Assembly (NCBI GenBank): GCA_016748015.1
Contig: JAAOMT010000439.1
Location: forward strand, 269,527 to 333,526
Source of the DNA: Geosiphon pyriformis uo1
Lineage: Eukaryota; Fungi; Glomeromycota
DNA length: 64,000 nt
Reading direction: 5' to 3'
The notes under the pieces were generated by a model that saw only the letters and a program-made list of their open reading frames with translations, made no database searches and was not told the origin of the DNA. Below are positions 13,370-25,699 of the stretch, piece after piece. Made by a program: the position numbers and the translations under genes. How positions within the stretch are numbered: position 1 is the stretch's first letter; the number at the start of each line of letters is the position of its first letter.

Positions 13370-16300
13370 CCTACTACTACACAACAAATTTTTGAATCAA
13401 ACAAACAAATTTGTTTGGGTTTAAATTTAGTTAATTTTTTTAATAAACATTTATTGGCTAGAGCTCTTACTTAAAACAACTTTAAAAAGATTAAAAAAAT
13501 TATTGACTATATTTTTGTAAGTGAAAATTTGTTATCTGTAGTTATATATTATAAGATCGACTTGGTATTTGATTTTTTTAATACTAATTATAAAATAGTT
13601 TCTATTTTGGTAAATTTAAAAGATTTTTTGAATTTTTATTTAAATAGTATTTATAAATAAGCAAATAAAAATTATTGAAAGTTCAATATAAAAAATATAG
13701 ATAAAACCAAATAAACACAATTTAGTAACTGTACTTTTGCTAAAATTTTGGTATTTTTAAATAAGTTTGTAAAAATAAAAAATTTTGGCAATTTAAATTT
13801 TATATAAAAGATATTAAAAAAAGTAATAATTGACTTAACAGAAAAAATTTTTTTAGACATTGGTTTAATAAGTTTAATTGTATAAAAAACAAACAATTTT
13901 CTAAGTTTTTTAAGTTAAAACTGCTAATAGCTAAATTTGTAAAGAATTTGGTTTTAGATAACAGATTTAAATTTGATTATTTTTTTGAAACTTGATTATT
14001 TTTTAATAATAGAATTATAAGAAAACAAATTATGTTTTTAATATTGCCTAATCTATGATTTTATTAATATGTATCTTTAAACTATATAATTAATAATGTT
14101 TTTTTTAGAGTTATAGAAAAAATTAACATAAAAGATTTGGTTTTGGTTATTAATAATTTACTTAATAATAAAACTGTTAATTTGTTTAATACACCTAATA
14201 AACTTTAAAAACATTATAACAACTTAGTATTGGAGTGTTTTTTAGATCTGTTAAACTCTTGTCTAACTTTGAATAATGTTTTGGCTTTTTGAAAAGAAGT
14301 GTGGATTTTAATAATCTTTAAACTTTATAAATAAAATAATATTTTGATAAATATATAGCCTATTGTTCTAATTAAAACAGTTAGAAATATTTTGTTCAAA
14401 ATTTTATTAGATCAGATTTTAAGTATTTGTAATAAATTTAGTGTTCTTTGTAAAAATAATTTTTTAGTTATAAAAAATATATTAATCTAATTTTTTGTGT
14501 TTGTTATTGGTTTAATAATTAAAAATACTTTAAAAAAAAACAGAGAATTTTAATTGGTTTTACAAAATATATACAAAATTTATAACTTAGTTAGATAATA
14601 TTATTTGAAAACTAGTTTTTAGTACATTAAAATATGTAACTGGTTTATTAGTTTTTTTTGGTAATATGCACAAAACCAGAATAAATAGAGTAATAACTAA
14701 TTTTAGGCTTTTTTATAGTTATAAAATATATAATAAATTGAATTAAAAAGTTTTTTTTCTTTTTTCTAAAAAATTTTCTATAATTTTTTTTTGTGTAAAG
14801 TCAAAAAACAAGAACATTTATATAAATATTAAATTAATATTAAGTTTATTGTTAAAATTGACAAAATAAAAAGCAGTAAAAAGAAAACTTTGTTTTTTAC
14901 TACAAGTGTTTTTGTGAATAATACAATTAAGTTGGAAATTATCAAGCTTCTACTTAATATATTTTGGATATTACTAGTGAATTTTTTAAAATCAATAATG
15001 TTTTAATTAACAATAAAAAAACAATAGCTATTTCTATTAATCAAAATATTAAGATAATTTTATTAAAAATTGGTGGTTTGCCCATTTTAATTGCTAAAAA
15101 GTGTGAATTACATAAATATTTAGAGATTTTTTTATTGACTAAAAGTTTGTTTAAGCCAAATATAGCTAAGACTTATTCTAATATTTAGTTCTTTGCCAAT
15201 ATTGTGCTGTAAAAAATAATTACAGATAAACAATTTTCATATTTAATATTAGCTGTTTTATAGCTTATAGTTAGTTATTATTTACAATTTTATTTTATTT
15301 TAAGAAATATATATTATAAATAAGATATTATAATTAAAAAAAAACTTAAATCAAAAATTAATTTATTATGTAATTTTTTTAATAAAGTGTTTTATTATCC
15401 TTTTCTGTATAGTCTGAAGACTTTTGAATAAATACAAACTAAAATAAAGTTGGCTTTAGTATTTATATTTTTTAATGTTAAAAACATTTTTAAATATTTC
15501 TTTAATTACAAATTCTTGAATTTACAGATTATAAAATAAGTTTTTTTAAATTCACTACAATATTTTACCAGATTGTATATTAGTTTTGTAAACAATTTTC
15601 TGGCTGAAATAATTAAAATTTTTCTTGATAATAATATGTTTTTAATAAATAATTTGTCTAATATATTTTGTAGTTCTAATAAATTTATAATATTAAGTAT
15701 TTTGAGAAGTTTTTATATTATAATTCTGTTTATTTTTAAAGCAGTTTAATGTTGTATTTGGTAACAGATTTTTGAATAAAAAAACTGTGTTATAAACTAA
15801 AAAACATTTTACAAGTAAAAAAAGTTGAATTTAAAAAGACTTATATTTCTAAATTTATATATAAAAATAGATATTTAAAACTGGATTTTGGTTGTATTAG
15901 AAGTCTGTTAAGTCCAAGTGTTCTAAAATTTAAAGATTTTTTTAATATATGTAGATATTTGTTTAAGATTTAGTTAAATACTTTTAAAGTATATATTAAT
16001 AAATCTTTAAAAGATTTAAGTTTTGTTAAAATTGTTTATAGAACTATCACTTATTTTTTTGCTATAAATATGAGTATTAATATTAAAATAAACGGAATTT
16101 TGTTTTTCATATTAGCTAAATTACAGATTGTTGCTTTGATATTAAAGTGTTTTTGTTTTTTGTATTATAATTGTGTACTTAAATAATCAAGTAGTTATTA
16201 ATATTTGTGTTTTAAAATTTGTTATTATTATTTCAAATTTTTGTAATAATTACTAAGTAGAAAAAAAACATATTGCTAATTTGATAAGAAACAAGAATTT

Positions 16301-17393
16301 TTTGGTTAAGTAATCAAAAGTCAAAAATTATTCAGAAATTTTGGAAAATAACATAATTGATTTGCTGATAAATAAAACCACTTATTTTTTTTTTTGTCTT
16401 ATGGTCTGTATGAATATTTTATTATAACTAAAAACACAACTGTATTTAACAATATTTGTTACTTTGTTTATAATTTATACAAATTTATTTGTTATGTTTA
16501 ATAAAAGTTAAATTTAATTAAAATATGCTTTTTGGTTCAATATTATAATATAAATTGAGTGTTAACTACATAAATATAGCACTTAGATTCACATATAGTT
16601 TCTGAATTTATTAGTAAAAAGTTAGCTAATCTATATACTTACTTAATAAAAACTGTATATAAAAGACTGTTAATTATAATTAAGAAAAAATTATATAATA
16701 AAACTTATTTAAATGTTTTGTGCTTACTATATAATAAAGTAAAATTGTCAAACTATGTGTTTATTTGTGTTAAAAATATTAATATTTGTAAGAAGATTTT
16801 TTTGAAATGTCTAAATACTAAAAATTATTAATAAATATTAATATTCTATTTTTTTTTGCAGTTTTATGGACTCTTTTTTTGTATTTGTAAAATATAAATT
16901 TGTATACAATAGTTTATAAAAGTTTTGTGTTAAAAAATGGATTTTAAAAGTTGTTGCAGTTTTTAATAATAAAAAAAAGACTATTTTAGTCATTTTAAAT
17001 ATTGTAAAACATTTAGTAAAGCTGTATTATACAAAAATTTGGCTTTTTAGATTTAAGTATAAAATTAATATAGAAAAGACCAGTTTGATTAAAGATAAAA
17101 ATATAGTGTTTAGTCTGTTATATATATTAATAAATAGGTTTTTAGATAATATAGTTTATTTGTTAAGAGTTATAAAGTTTTTTGCAGTCAGTTTTGGTAA
17201 ACATAATTTGTGTTTTTTTTGATTTGAAAAGTAAAATCATGATTTATATAAATGTGTAGTAATATATTATCTGGCTTGAGTGATTAGTTACATATAATAA
17301 AAGCATAAGTTATATTTAATATAAATTACTTAAGCTGGTTTTATGTACTAGATAGCAGTTGGATTTTATTTATTAAATTAAATAAAAAAAAAA
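13370..17393 (+). mobile_element. Old 5'-truncated LINE relic (APE C-terminal half, RT, RNase H, 3' tail, poly(A))
   Basis: KIIDYIFVSENL (APE motif) at ~13500. Eroded FVDD (FVNNTI) at ~14910. ORF 14964-15188 aligns with ORF2 after the RT motif. Tail and A-run at 17260-17393. Confidence 0.8.
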
Positions 17394-17409
17394 TAAATAC
17401 AAAAATTTT

Positions 17410-17560
17410 TGTTTAATGTGTTTAACTTGAGTGTATTTAACATATATTCAAGTAATTGGTCATATGTAAAAAGTATATAATATACATATAATACTTTTGT
17501 TATATAGATTAAATAATAATTGAATTACAATTGGTTAAAACAAATTATAAATTTAAAATA
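17410..17560 (+). mobile_element. Short eroded LINE-type 3' tail fragment
   Basis: TTCAAGTAATTGGTCATATGTAAAAAG matches the tail core (cf. TTTGAGTAATTGGTCACATGTAAAAAG of copy 1). Confidence 0.6.
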
Positions 17561-17896
17561 AATAAAAATTACCAAAAATCAAATTATTTTTAATTAAAAA
17601 CAAAGATTTAATAAACAAATCAAAAAATTTTTTTTTTGACTTTTCAAAGTTTTAATGATATCTCATTATAAAAATAATGAAAAGATTTTAAGATAAACTT
17701 AATTTTTTTCATTTATTTTAAAATTTGCCAAAAGTGTTGTTTCAGTCTCTTAAATCCCAAAAGTTTTGAGGTACCACTTTTGAGAACTTTTATCAATAAA
17801 TATTTGTTAATTAATAAACGATACCAATCAAATTCATCTTGAAATTTTTTTTAGATAACATTGAACTTTCAAATTATTTAAAAATTTTGTGACTAA

Positions 17897-19817
17897 ATGT
17901 CCCGTCGAAATTTCCCATTTTTTATAAAGTTCCATAAACACCATTTAAAAATCAAAAATAATCGTCAAAATTCAACTTCCTTCCCATCATCCCCTGATTC
18001 TGATCTTAAAATTTTGTCCGAATCTGACACAATAATAAATGAATCATCATCAACTTCAAATTTTTTTGATTCTGACTCAACTCTTAAACCGGTATACAGC
18101 GAACCAATGGCTCTGAAACCTCCCGAAATCCGCCTAATATATGGATCTTGGCAAGATTCGTTCTGTGTGATTTATAAACCTCAAGGTTTGGTTCAAAATT
18201 TAACTATTGATCTTTATTTAATTTCTTGAAATCGGAAAGAAAATAATAAAATGAAGATTGTCTTTTCAATTGATTTTATGGTTTTACTTTAATCGATTGA
18301 TGTCTAAAGATTTTGACCCCGACTATCTTGATAAGACAATTTTCTATTTGTTAATTTACGTTGCCTTCTATGATTACTAGGAATGTCGGTACAACATAGT
18401 CATTCTAACTGCCCATCTGTGTTGGAGGAAGCAAAGAAAATGGTTGGTGATGAACGAAAGGTCTTTAATGTTCATAGGTAAGTAATGTAGTTTTGGAAAG
18501 TCCGAGGTTTTAAAGAAGTTATGAGCTATTCAGAAAGTTGTGATTAAGGAAAGATCAAACTTAATCATTATTAACTCAAACTTTAAGAATGATTTCTTTT
18601 ATTTTCATTTCTTCTTGACGCGGTATATTCTTTCCAAGGTTAGATAAAAATACACAGGTAATTTCCAAATTCAGCCGGATTGGTTATTTGTGCAACAATT
18701 CATCTTGATTTTTTAGGTTGCAACTTTCAAATATCTAAAATTATATCCCTATTAAGGGTCTTCTGGTATTAGCATTCGACAGAGAAATTGCTAAATCATT
18801 ATCCATATCGTTGGAGAAAGGATTCTGGCAAAAATGGTACAATTCTTTTTTCGCAATCAACATGTTCCCAGCTTGATTCTAAATATCAATTTTTAATTGT
18901 TGCTTATCGAGAAAGGTACAGGACTGTAGTTAAAGTCCCGGCAGATTTATCCCTTTTACCAAGGCAATCTTTGTATTTACAAGGCTCACTGATCTCCCCA
19001 GCAGGTGAATTGGTAAAACATGGACGACTTACAAGTTGGATCAAAAGGTTTTACCCTACTTTCATTTCTTAGTGGCTTTTGATTTTTCAAAATCAAAATT
19101 ATGATTCATAATCATTTCTTATTACATTGAAAATTTTTATTTACCTCCAATCTCTCAAGATGCCCACCAATCCTCCGTTTAACACAATCGGGAACCCAAC
19201 CTGTGACCTCACCTGAAAACTTTCCCTTTCCAAACCAAAAACTCAACCTGCCACAAAATCTTCCATCCCCAATCAATCCCCTGATTCTAACCCACATAGA
19301 TTTCCACAAGGGCAAACTTCCTTATAACCTTTTACACACTCAAATCCAAAATTCACTATTCTTTTACTCCGCAGCACCGTTCACTCCAACCGCAAGGCTA
19401 AGTGGCACGGAGTTTTGGCTACGTGGGATTGCTACTGTAACCCCGAAACTAAGTAGAAATCATCCAAATATTATGAATACCTGCGTTGAAAACAAAAACG
19501 AAATTCATCTACTGGATGAACAACGAGTCGCATTATACAATATTTATCTACATTCTGGTCGAACTCATCAAATTCGCGTGCATCTTTCTGAATCCGGATT
19601 TCCAATTCTCGGTGACGAAGTATACGAAGATTTCGTAGGAAAACGGAAAAAGTATAGAACAAATCAATATCTAGCATTACAAGCATTCAAACTAAGATTT
19701 CCACACCCTTGTGAACATTGGGCTTGGGTCGAGTGTGAAGTTCAGATGCCAGGTGATCACGAATATTGGACCCCATTTCGTGATCATTTAAAATCTGGGG
19801 ATCAATCACCTGTATAA
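17897..19817 (+). CDS. RluA-family pseudouridine synthase (6 exons, possibly mitochondrial)
   Basis: Spliced motifs YKPQG, VHRLDKNTQGLLVLA (catalytic Asp), KWYRTVV and SGRTHQIRVHLSESGFPILGDEVY. GT-AG introns, e.g. 18186-18380, 18478-18638 and 18658-18756. The N-terminus is basic. Confidence 0.9.
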
Positions 19818-20276
19818 ATGAGGTTTTTCTAGTCAATTTTAAAAAAACTCCCAAGTTAAACTATATAATATTTATTCTTCAAAATGATTGTTTTCAATAT
19901 GGGTTCAGACTCTGATCAATTCTTAATAGGCAAAGAAAACTAAAATAATCGTACACCGAATGATGTAATAAAATCTTATGGCATGATGGCTAAAATTTTC
20001 CTAATATATAAAAGTAGTAACAAAGAAAGCTATAAAAACTATATAATAAAAATATTGAGATGCAAAGTCCAAGACCGAAAGGCTGCGTTTGTTATCAGTC
20101 TCAAGTAATAGAATACAAAGCTAGAAAAAATGAAGATACTTGATCCATGCGTTTTAATGCTTATCTCCATCATGGTAATGTTTTTTTTTGAATGTCAAAT
20201 AGAACGAGTTACCAATAATATAATATTGTCAATTCTATCATTAACAACTGCTAATGAAATCTCAAATGGCCAAGAT

Positions 20277-22049
20277 TTAGTTATCAACAAACTCCCATAA
20301 ACCACAGTCCACACAATCTACCTCAGGCCTGCACACTGGTACACCTGACCAAACCTTTAAAACTTTTTCAATCACATCTCTCGCACGGTGAGTGCGGACA
20401 TCAGGTTTCCACCCAAATTCTTTGACCGAGTCATAAAGACAAACCTTGCCAGCATGGCATTTTGTTTCCAACTACAAGGTAAAATGATATATGCGGTCTT
20501 AAATTTATACTTTGAAATTTCGTTTTTTAAGTATTAAAAAGTATCAACTTACTGCATATCCACCGACCCAACAACTACTCCAGATAGCCTGTAATCCAGA
20601 GATTAGTAAGATAAACTTGGTTAATTATTAATTTTTACTAACTGGCCGAAAATTTATAATTGATGAATACTTACATTACATGCCCCCATGAATATAGGAT
20701 CGGCAGTATGTCCAACATGCCAAATAGGCATATCCTCGTATGGTAAAGCTGGAGGTTGTGGCAAATGTAACCTTCTGGCCGCCAATGCTTCCCCAGGTGC
20801 TTCAAAACCGACTGCTGGAACTCCATAAGTCCACCCAATCAAACCGGATACCCCTCCACCAAGAGAATGGCCGGTTAGCCAAATTGTCGCATCTGGGTAA
20901 GTATCTTGAATTCTTTCATATAATTTCTATTAATTCAGAAAGTTCTTGGAAATGACATTATGATCAAAACAAAAAGCTCATTAATAATTGTATAAATCAT
21001 TTCTCACCACAGCCACATCGTAATACAGATCACTTTCATCAACGCTTTCTTCTAAACATCGTTGATCACACTGGTCTAAAGTAGCTTTGCCCCTATAACA
21101 ACCACAAACTGGAGTCCAACTGGGCCCAACACGCGCACAGCAACAAGAAAATAGACGATTATCCTAAGACAAAATCAAGAGTTATTTTAATAGTTTCTGT
21201 CAATCAGAGAAATATAAAAATTACTCAACGTTTTTTTTGTCTTTGGGTACTGTGGGACCACCCCCAATCATACTAGTCCCTTTTATTGCGATGACAATAG
21301 TTTCATTCTTGGGATCTGTAAACACGTGTCCTCTAATACCGTCCTCTTGCCAACCAAACTCATCGTTCTAGAATAACCCAGGAAAGGATGAATTAAACCA
21401 AATTCGTAAATTAGTGCAAAATAACTATATAATAAAACTGCACAGCACCAATCAAAGGTCTTCCCAAGGTTATACATCGGAACCTTGGAATAATAGCAAA
21501 ACCAAAACCCACCCATCCATACTTATGTCCCAGATCGTACCAATCCTCGCTGCCAGTCGGGATATAGGCGTTGTAAGTCATCATAGCAAGTGCAATCACT
21601 GTCTCCTGATTTTTCATATCGGGTACTATGGCCAATTCTTTATGATAATCGATTTTTGTGGATATCTGGTCGTATTTGTGTCGTCGACGATATTCCTTTA
21701 CCATATTTCGATCAGTAGGTTTTACCGTTAAGCTAGGAACACCTCGAACAATATGGGTAAAAGGCATATCACTGGAAAGTTGGAGAGAATTTAAGCGTGT
21801 CTCGTTCAGATCTAAACGACGAAAAAGTTCAGGGAACCCGGTTGAACCATGGTGGTAAATATGACGTAAGGTCAAGGTTACTTCGTTGTATACTTTTTTT
21901 TCAGGGGCAGACGGCGGACGTGAGGTTTCAAATAAAGTAGGAGGTTGTTGTCGAGCAGCTTTTGGAGAGCCGAAAACGTAGATCAAGGTGACAAAGCTCA
22001 CCACAAAGATTGAAATGCATAATGATAAATCTCTCCAGAATCGTCTCAT
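20277..22049 (-). CDS. ATG15: Autophagy-related vacuolar lipase Atg15 (multi-exon)
   Basis: N-terminal TM segment, [51 protein letters not shown], lipase motif [21 protein letters not shown] and [13 protein letters not shown] taken at 22049. Confidence 0.92.
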
Positions 22050-23133
22050 GTGTAAATTTTTGAAGTTCGACTCCTTTGTCTCTCTATTTGGTATAATGGG
22101 TTTGGTTTTAAGAACTAAAATTACAATGATACAATACCAAAAAAGGATCAAGAACTAGCGCTTTTTGAACTGCGAAACTAACAAAAACGCTGTAATTTTA
22201 TATTGCAGAGATTTTACTTCAGCGCATTGCCAAAAAGTCTTTAAACTGTCAAAAGTCTCAGAAAAGTAAAGCGAGAAACTGGGAGCTGTCAACTCATCAC
22301 TATCAGTCGATCATTGAATGATCTACGCCATCGGAGGTTTTGATTTGAGAATTAGCCCAAATATTTTATTAGTAATCAGTTTTACTTTATCTGATGATTG
22401 AATATTTTTGGTAAAATATTTAATTTGTATTAAAAATTAATTTTTATACAATTTTATAATTAGCACATATTTTTATAGTAATTTTTTTTTATTTTGGATC
22501 GGGCATGTTGAGCTACAAATATGTATGATCATTGTTTATGGAAAGGTTGTATCGTTGGCAATCCTCTGCACCCGTTTGATTATGTGGTCTTGAATGACCA
22601 CTGCACTTCATAGATATCTAGGATATTTACAATTTCCATTTAAAGCTCCATTTGTAAAATGTCTAAATAGAGAACATGTGTCAAAGCTCACAGCACATTG
22701 AGAAAGTCTGCGCTAAGGAAAAAAATGCGTCAAATAGGCTATTCCCTAGCTTGGCAAAGACTAAAGGGGTAGACTACAATGAGGAAGGACAAAAATCCGT
22801 CAAAGAGGGTACCCTCGCAATCTTGTGTCTAAAAAACAAGCCGCACGAGTAATCATTAAGCATGAACGCTTAGGCCGAATATTATGTACTTAGTTTTTGA
22901 TTTTCCTTGAGTGAAGTTAGTAAACTCTGGTTCCAAAGGATTTTATTGGCAAAATTACCACAACTGATTAAGACTAGAAGGTCTGCTCTCTTATTTATAA
23001 TAAAAGACGCGCAACTCTAATACTATTGGTTGGTTAACTATTACTCTTATTACGCGAATACAATACTATATGGGTCGAATATTATATACACGGGTCGTGG
23101 TGTTAACAATTTTGAACCCCTGAGATTGAGAAT

Positions 23134-24053
23134 CTATAGTTCTACTCTATTTTTTTCTATTCCGATTAATTCAACATCGAATACTAAGGCAGCATTCGCT
23201 GAAATAAATTATAAAAAGATGTTAATAATGAGATATTTATTGTCAAAGCTAATTGATTGAGCAAAATCATACCAGGTATTAGAGGAGGGCTACCTCTCTC
23301 ACCATAGGCCAGGTGTGAAGGTATTCTCAATTTCCGCTTTTCACCAATGCACATCCTTTTGAAATTTTAAGCAGCTGGAATGAGTATAAAAACCAACTAA
23401 TCATAGCTTCTTTCCTAAATTTCATTTTCTATTTGAAACACTTACCCTCGCAGACCTTGATCCCAACCTTTGATGAAAAAGAATAGATTAATATCAAGAT
23501 CAATTAGTAAACCATAGAATTCGGTAAAAAGAATATACCCTTTATAACTTGGCCGGTTCCTTTTAGATTTCATCGAAATTAGAGAGAAACAATTTAGAAT
23601 CTTTTTGTCAAATATCATAATTCCAAAATGGTAATTCAACGAGCTTACCCAAGGTAAATTTAAAAGGATCACCACGATCCCGGCTAGAATCAAATTTAGA
23701 GCCATCTTCAAATAAAACTCCAGTGTAGTGAACAACTATAGTATCGCTTGGAAAAAACCCGAAAAAAATATGTAAAAACTTGCTGGCTGACATTAAATTG
23801 CCTTGCGTATTTTTACACTTCTCTTACCCGTTTTTTGTCTTTTTATCACACTTGCCTTCTGGAATCTGCTCCTTTATCCCTTTTTTAGTGAGCAAAAGTT
23901 CAAAAGCAAGACCATTTAATTATAACAGTATTTACACATTAAGAAAAATTCCCCACCAATCTGAAGGTTTTTGGGGGGTTCTTTGGAATCTACCAAGGTA
24001 ACGAGGAAATAGACGAAAATAAAGAAGGGTAGAAATAAAGCTTGAGTACGCAT
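23134..24053 (-). CDS. FPR2: ER-lumenal FKBP-type peptidyl-prolyl isomerase (FKBP2/Fpr2-like, 7 exons)
   Basis: Signal peptide [23 protein letters not shown]; [81 protein letters not shown]; C-terminal RVEL (KDEL-like). Confidence 0.9.
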
Positions 24054-24988
24054 GTTCTTCCGTTGAGCTATTAAAAGCGAGGGAGGCCAAAAAACGGTTG
24101 CTAGCGAAAGCTTTAAGTGGATATTACGAACAAATGTTTCATGGTGGCAACATTCTATTGGCTAAATCTAGGTCACCACTATATTTTCTTTCTGAGGGTT
24201 ACTTATAAATTTCTTTTTAGAAAAAATTTTAAATTTACAGAAATTTGTTATAATAGAACTCAAATAGTATTATTCAAAAATGTATGAAAAAAATTCAGAA
24301 AATTTATTAAAATAAACATTTTTATTTAAATTATAATTAACAAAAATTAAACTTTCTTTTTAAAAATTTTACTTATTATTGTTATTATTATTATTATAAA
24401 TTAATTAACTTGAAATAATTTGATATTAAATTTTATTACAAATTATAATTTTTTAAAATTTTAAAATTTGAACCAATTATAACTAAATAAAAAAAAATTG
24501 GTTTAATAAGTTATATTTAAGTTAAATTTTTTAATAAATTTTAAATAATATTGTTTTTAAGTTTTAACATTATTAATTTCACAATTTTTTTTAAAATAAA
24601 TGTGATTTATTTTAATTTTAAAAAAAAAATTTATTATTAAATAATTTAAAATATTGTATTATCTAATTAAAATATATTATTATGTTTTAAATTGAATTAT
24701 TATCTTATTAATAATAAAGTATACTAAATAATATTATGTTTAAATGTTAATTAGTAATACTAAAATTAATAAATCAATTTGAAAAGTTTTAAAACAATGT
24801 AGAATATTTTAAAATAATTGATAAATTAAATTCTAAAAATAAATTTTAAATGCTAATATGATTAAATGCAATTATAATGTTTTGTTAACCCAATAAATAT
24901 TTATAATTTTTGTGTGACATTAAGATTATAACTTTATTAATAATTAGTAATTTGATTAATAATAGTGATTAAATAATAAGAGAATTGC

Positions 24989-25274
24989 TAAATCGACCCA
25001 CCCGCAACACGTGATATCATTTACATCATAATTTCATATTCAACTATATATATAGGAACATATTAACGAATATTATGGTTGTCCACAACGAAGTGTTTTT
25101 TAAATATAAAACACTATAAATTACTTAAGGTATAATAAAAAATTAAATATATAATCTATATTCAATTTTATATAAGAAAAAGTTATTTTTTATTTTAATT
25201 AAACTAATATTTATTAGAATTACTAATAAATAAATCTTAAAATTAATATCACGTGTTGCGGGTGGGTCGATTTA
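24989..25274. mobile_element. Putative MITE with perfect terminal inverted repeats
   Basis: TAAATCGACCCACCCGCAACACGTGATAT (24989-25017) and its exact reverse complement (25246-25274) surround a 228-bp AT-rich non-coding core. It can be read as a 27-bp TIR plus TA TSD. Confidence 0.7.
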
Positions 25275-25699
25275 AATAATTATGTAAAATAAATATATAA
25301 ATAAAAATTAACCTGTAATCTAAAAGTCAATATTGCTTTAGTTTTTATGAAAAATATATTATCTAATAACTTAATTATTAAGAACTTAAAATATCGTGAA
25401 TCTATTAAGATACAAATTACATGTATTTCAAATTTAGGTTCTTCATAGTTTTTACTATCTTACAGGCGACTTCCTTAATTCATAAGATCTTCCCAATGAT
25501 TTTATTTGTTTGTTTCCAAGTTTCATCTGTTACCAAATGATAAAATATGCCTTTGGTTCGTGTCTGCATATAATCAATTTTAAGCGATAAAAAGAATTCA
25601 TCTAATGTAATTCACGCACCCAGAAGCATAATTTAAAATTTTCCTTATTTTAATCTAGCTTTGTAGGAACTTGGTTTACTTTTGACAGGGCAGAGTCTA

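Noticed and set aside
10889-15188. Short Ile/Lys/Asn/Phe-rich ORFs here and at 49061-63996
   Set aside because: Chance or residual frames in AT-eroded retroelement relics, not host genes.
22700-22990. RNase P/MRP or telomerase RNA candidate (GAGAAAGTCTG, AGACTAC)
   Set aside because: The P4 pairing and other conserved regions could not be assembled, and there is no telomeric template.
24989-25274. Point-centromere resemblance (CDEI RTCACRTG plus AT-rich spacer)
   Set aside because: No CDEIII, symmetric arms, and point centromeres are specific to Saccharomycetaceae.
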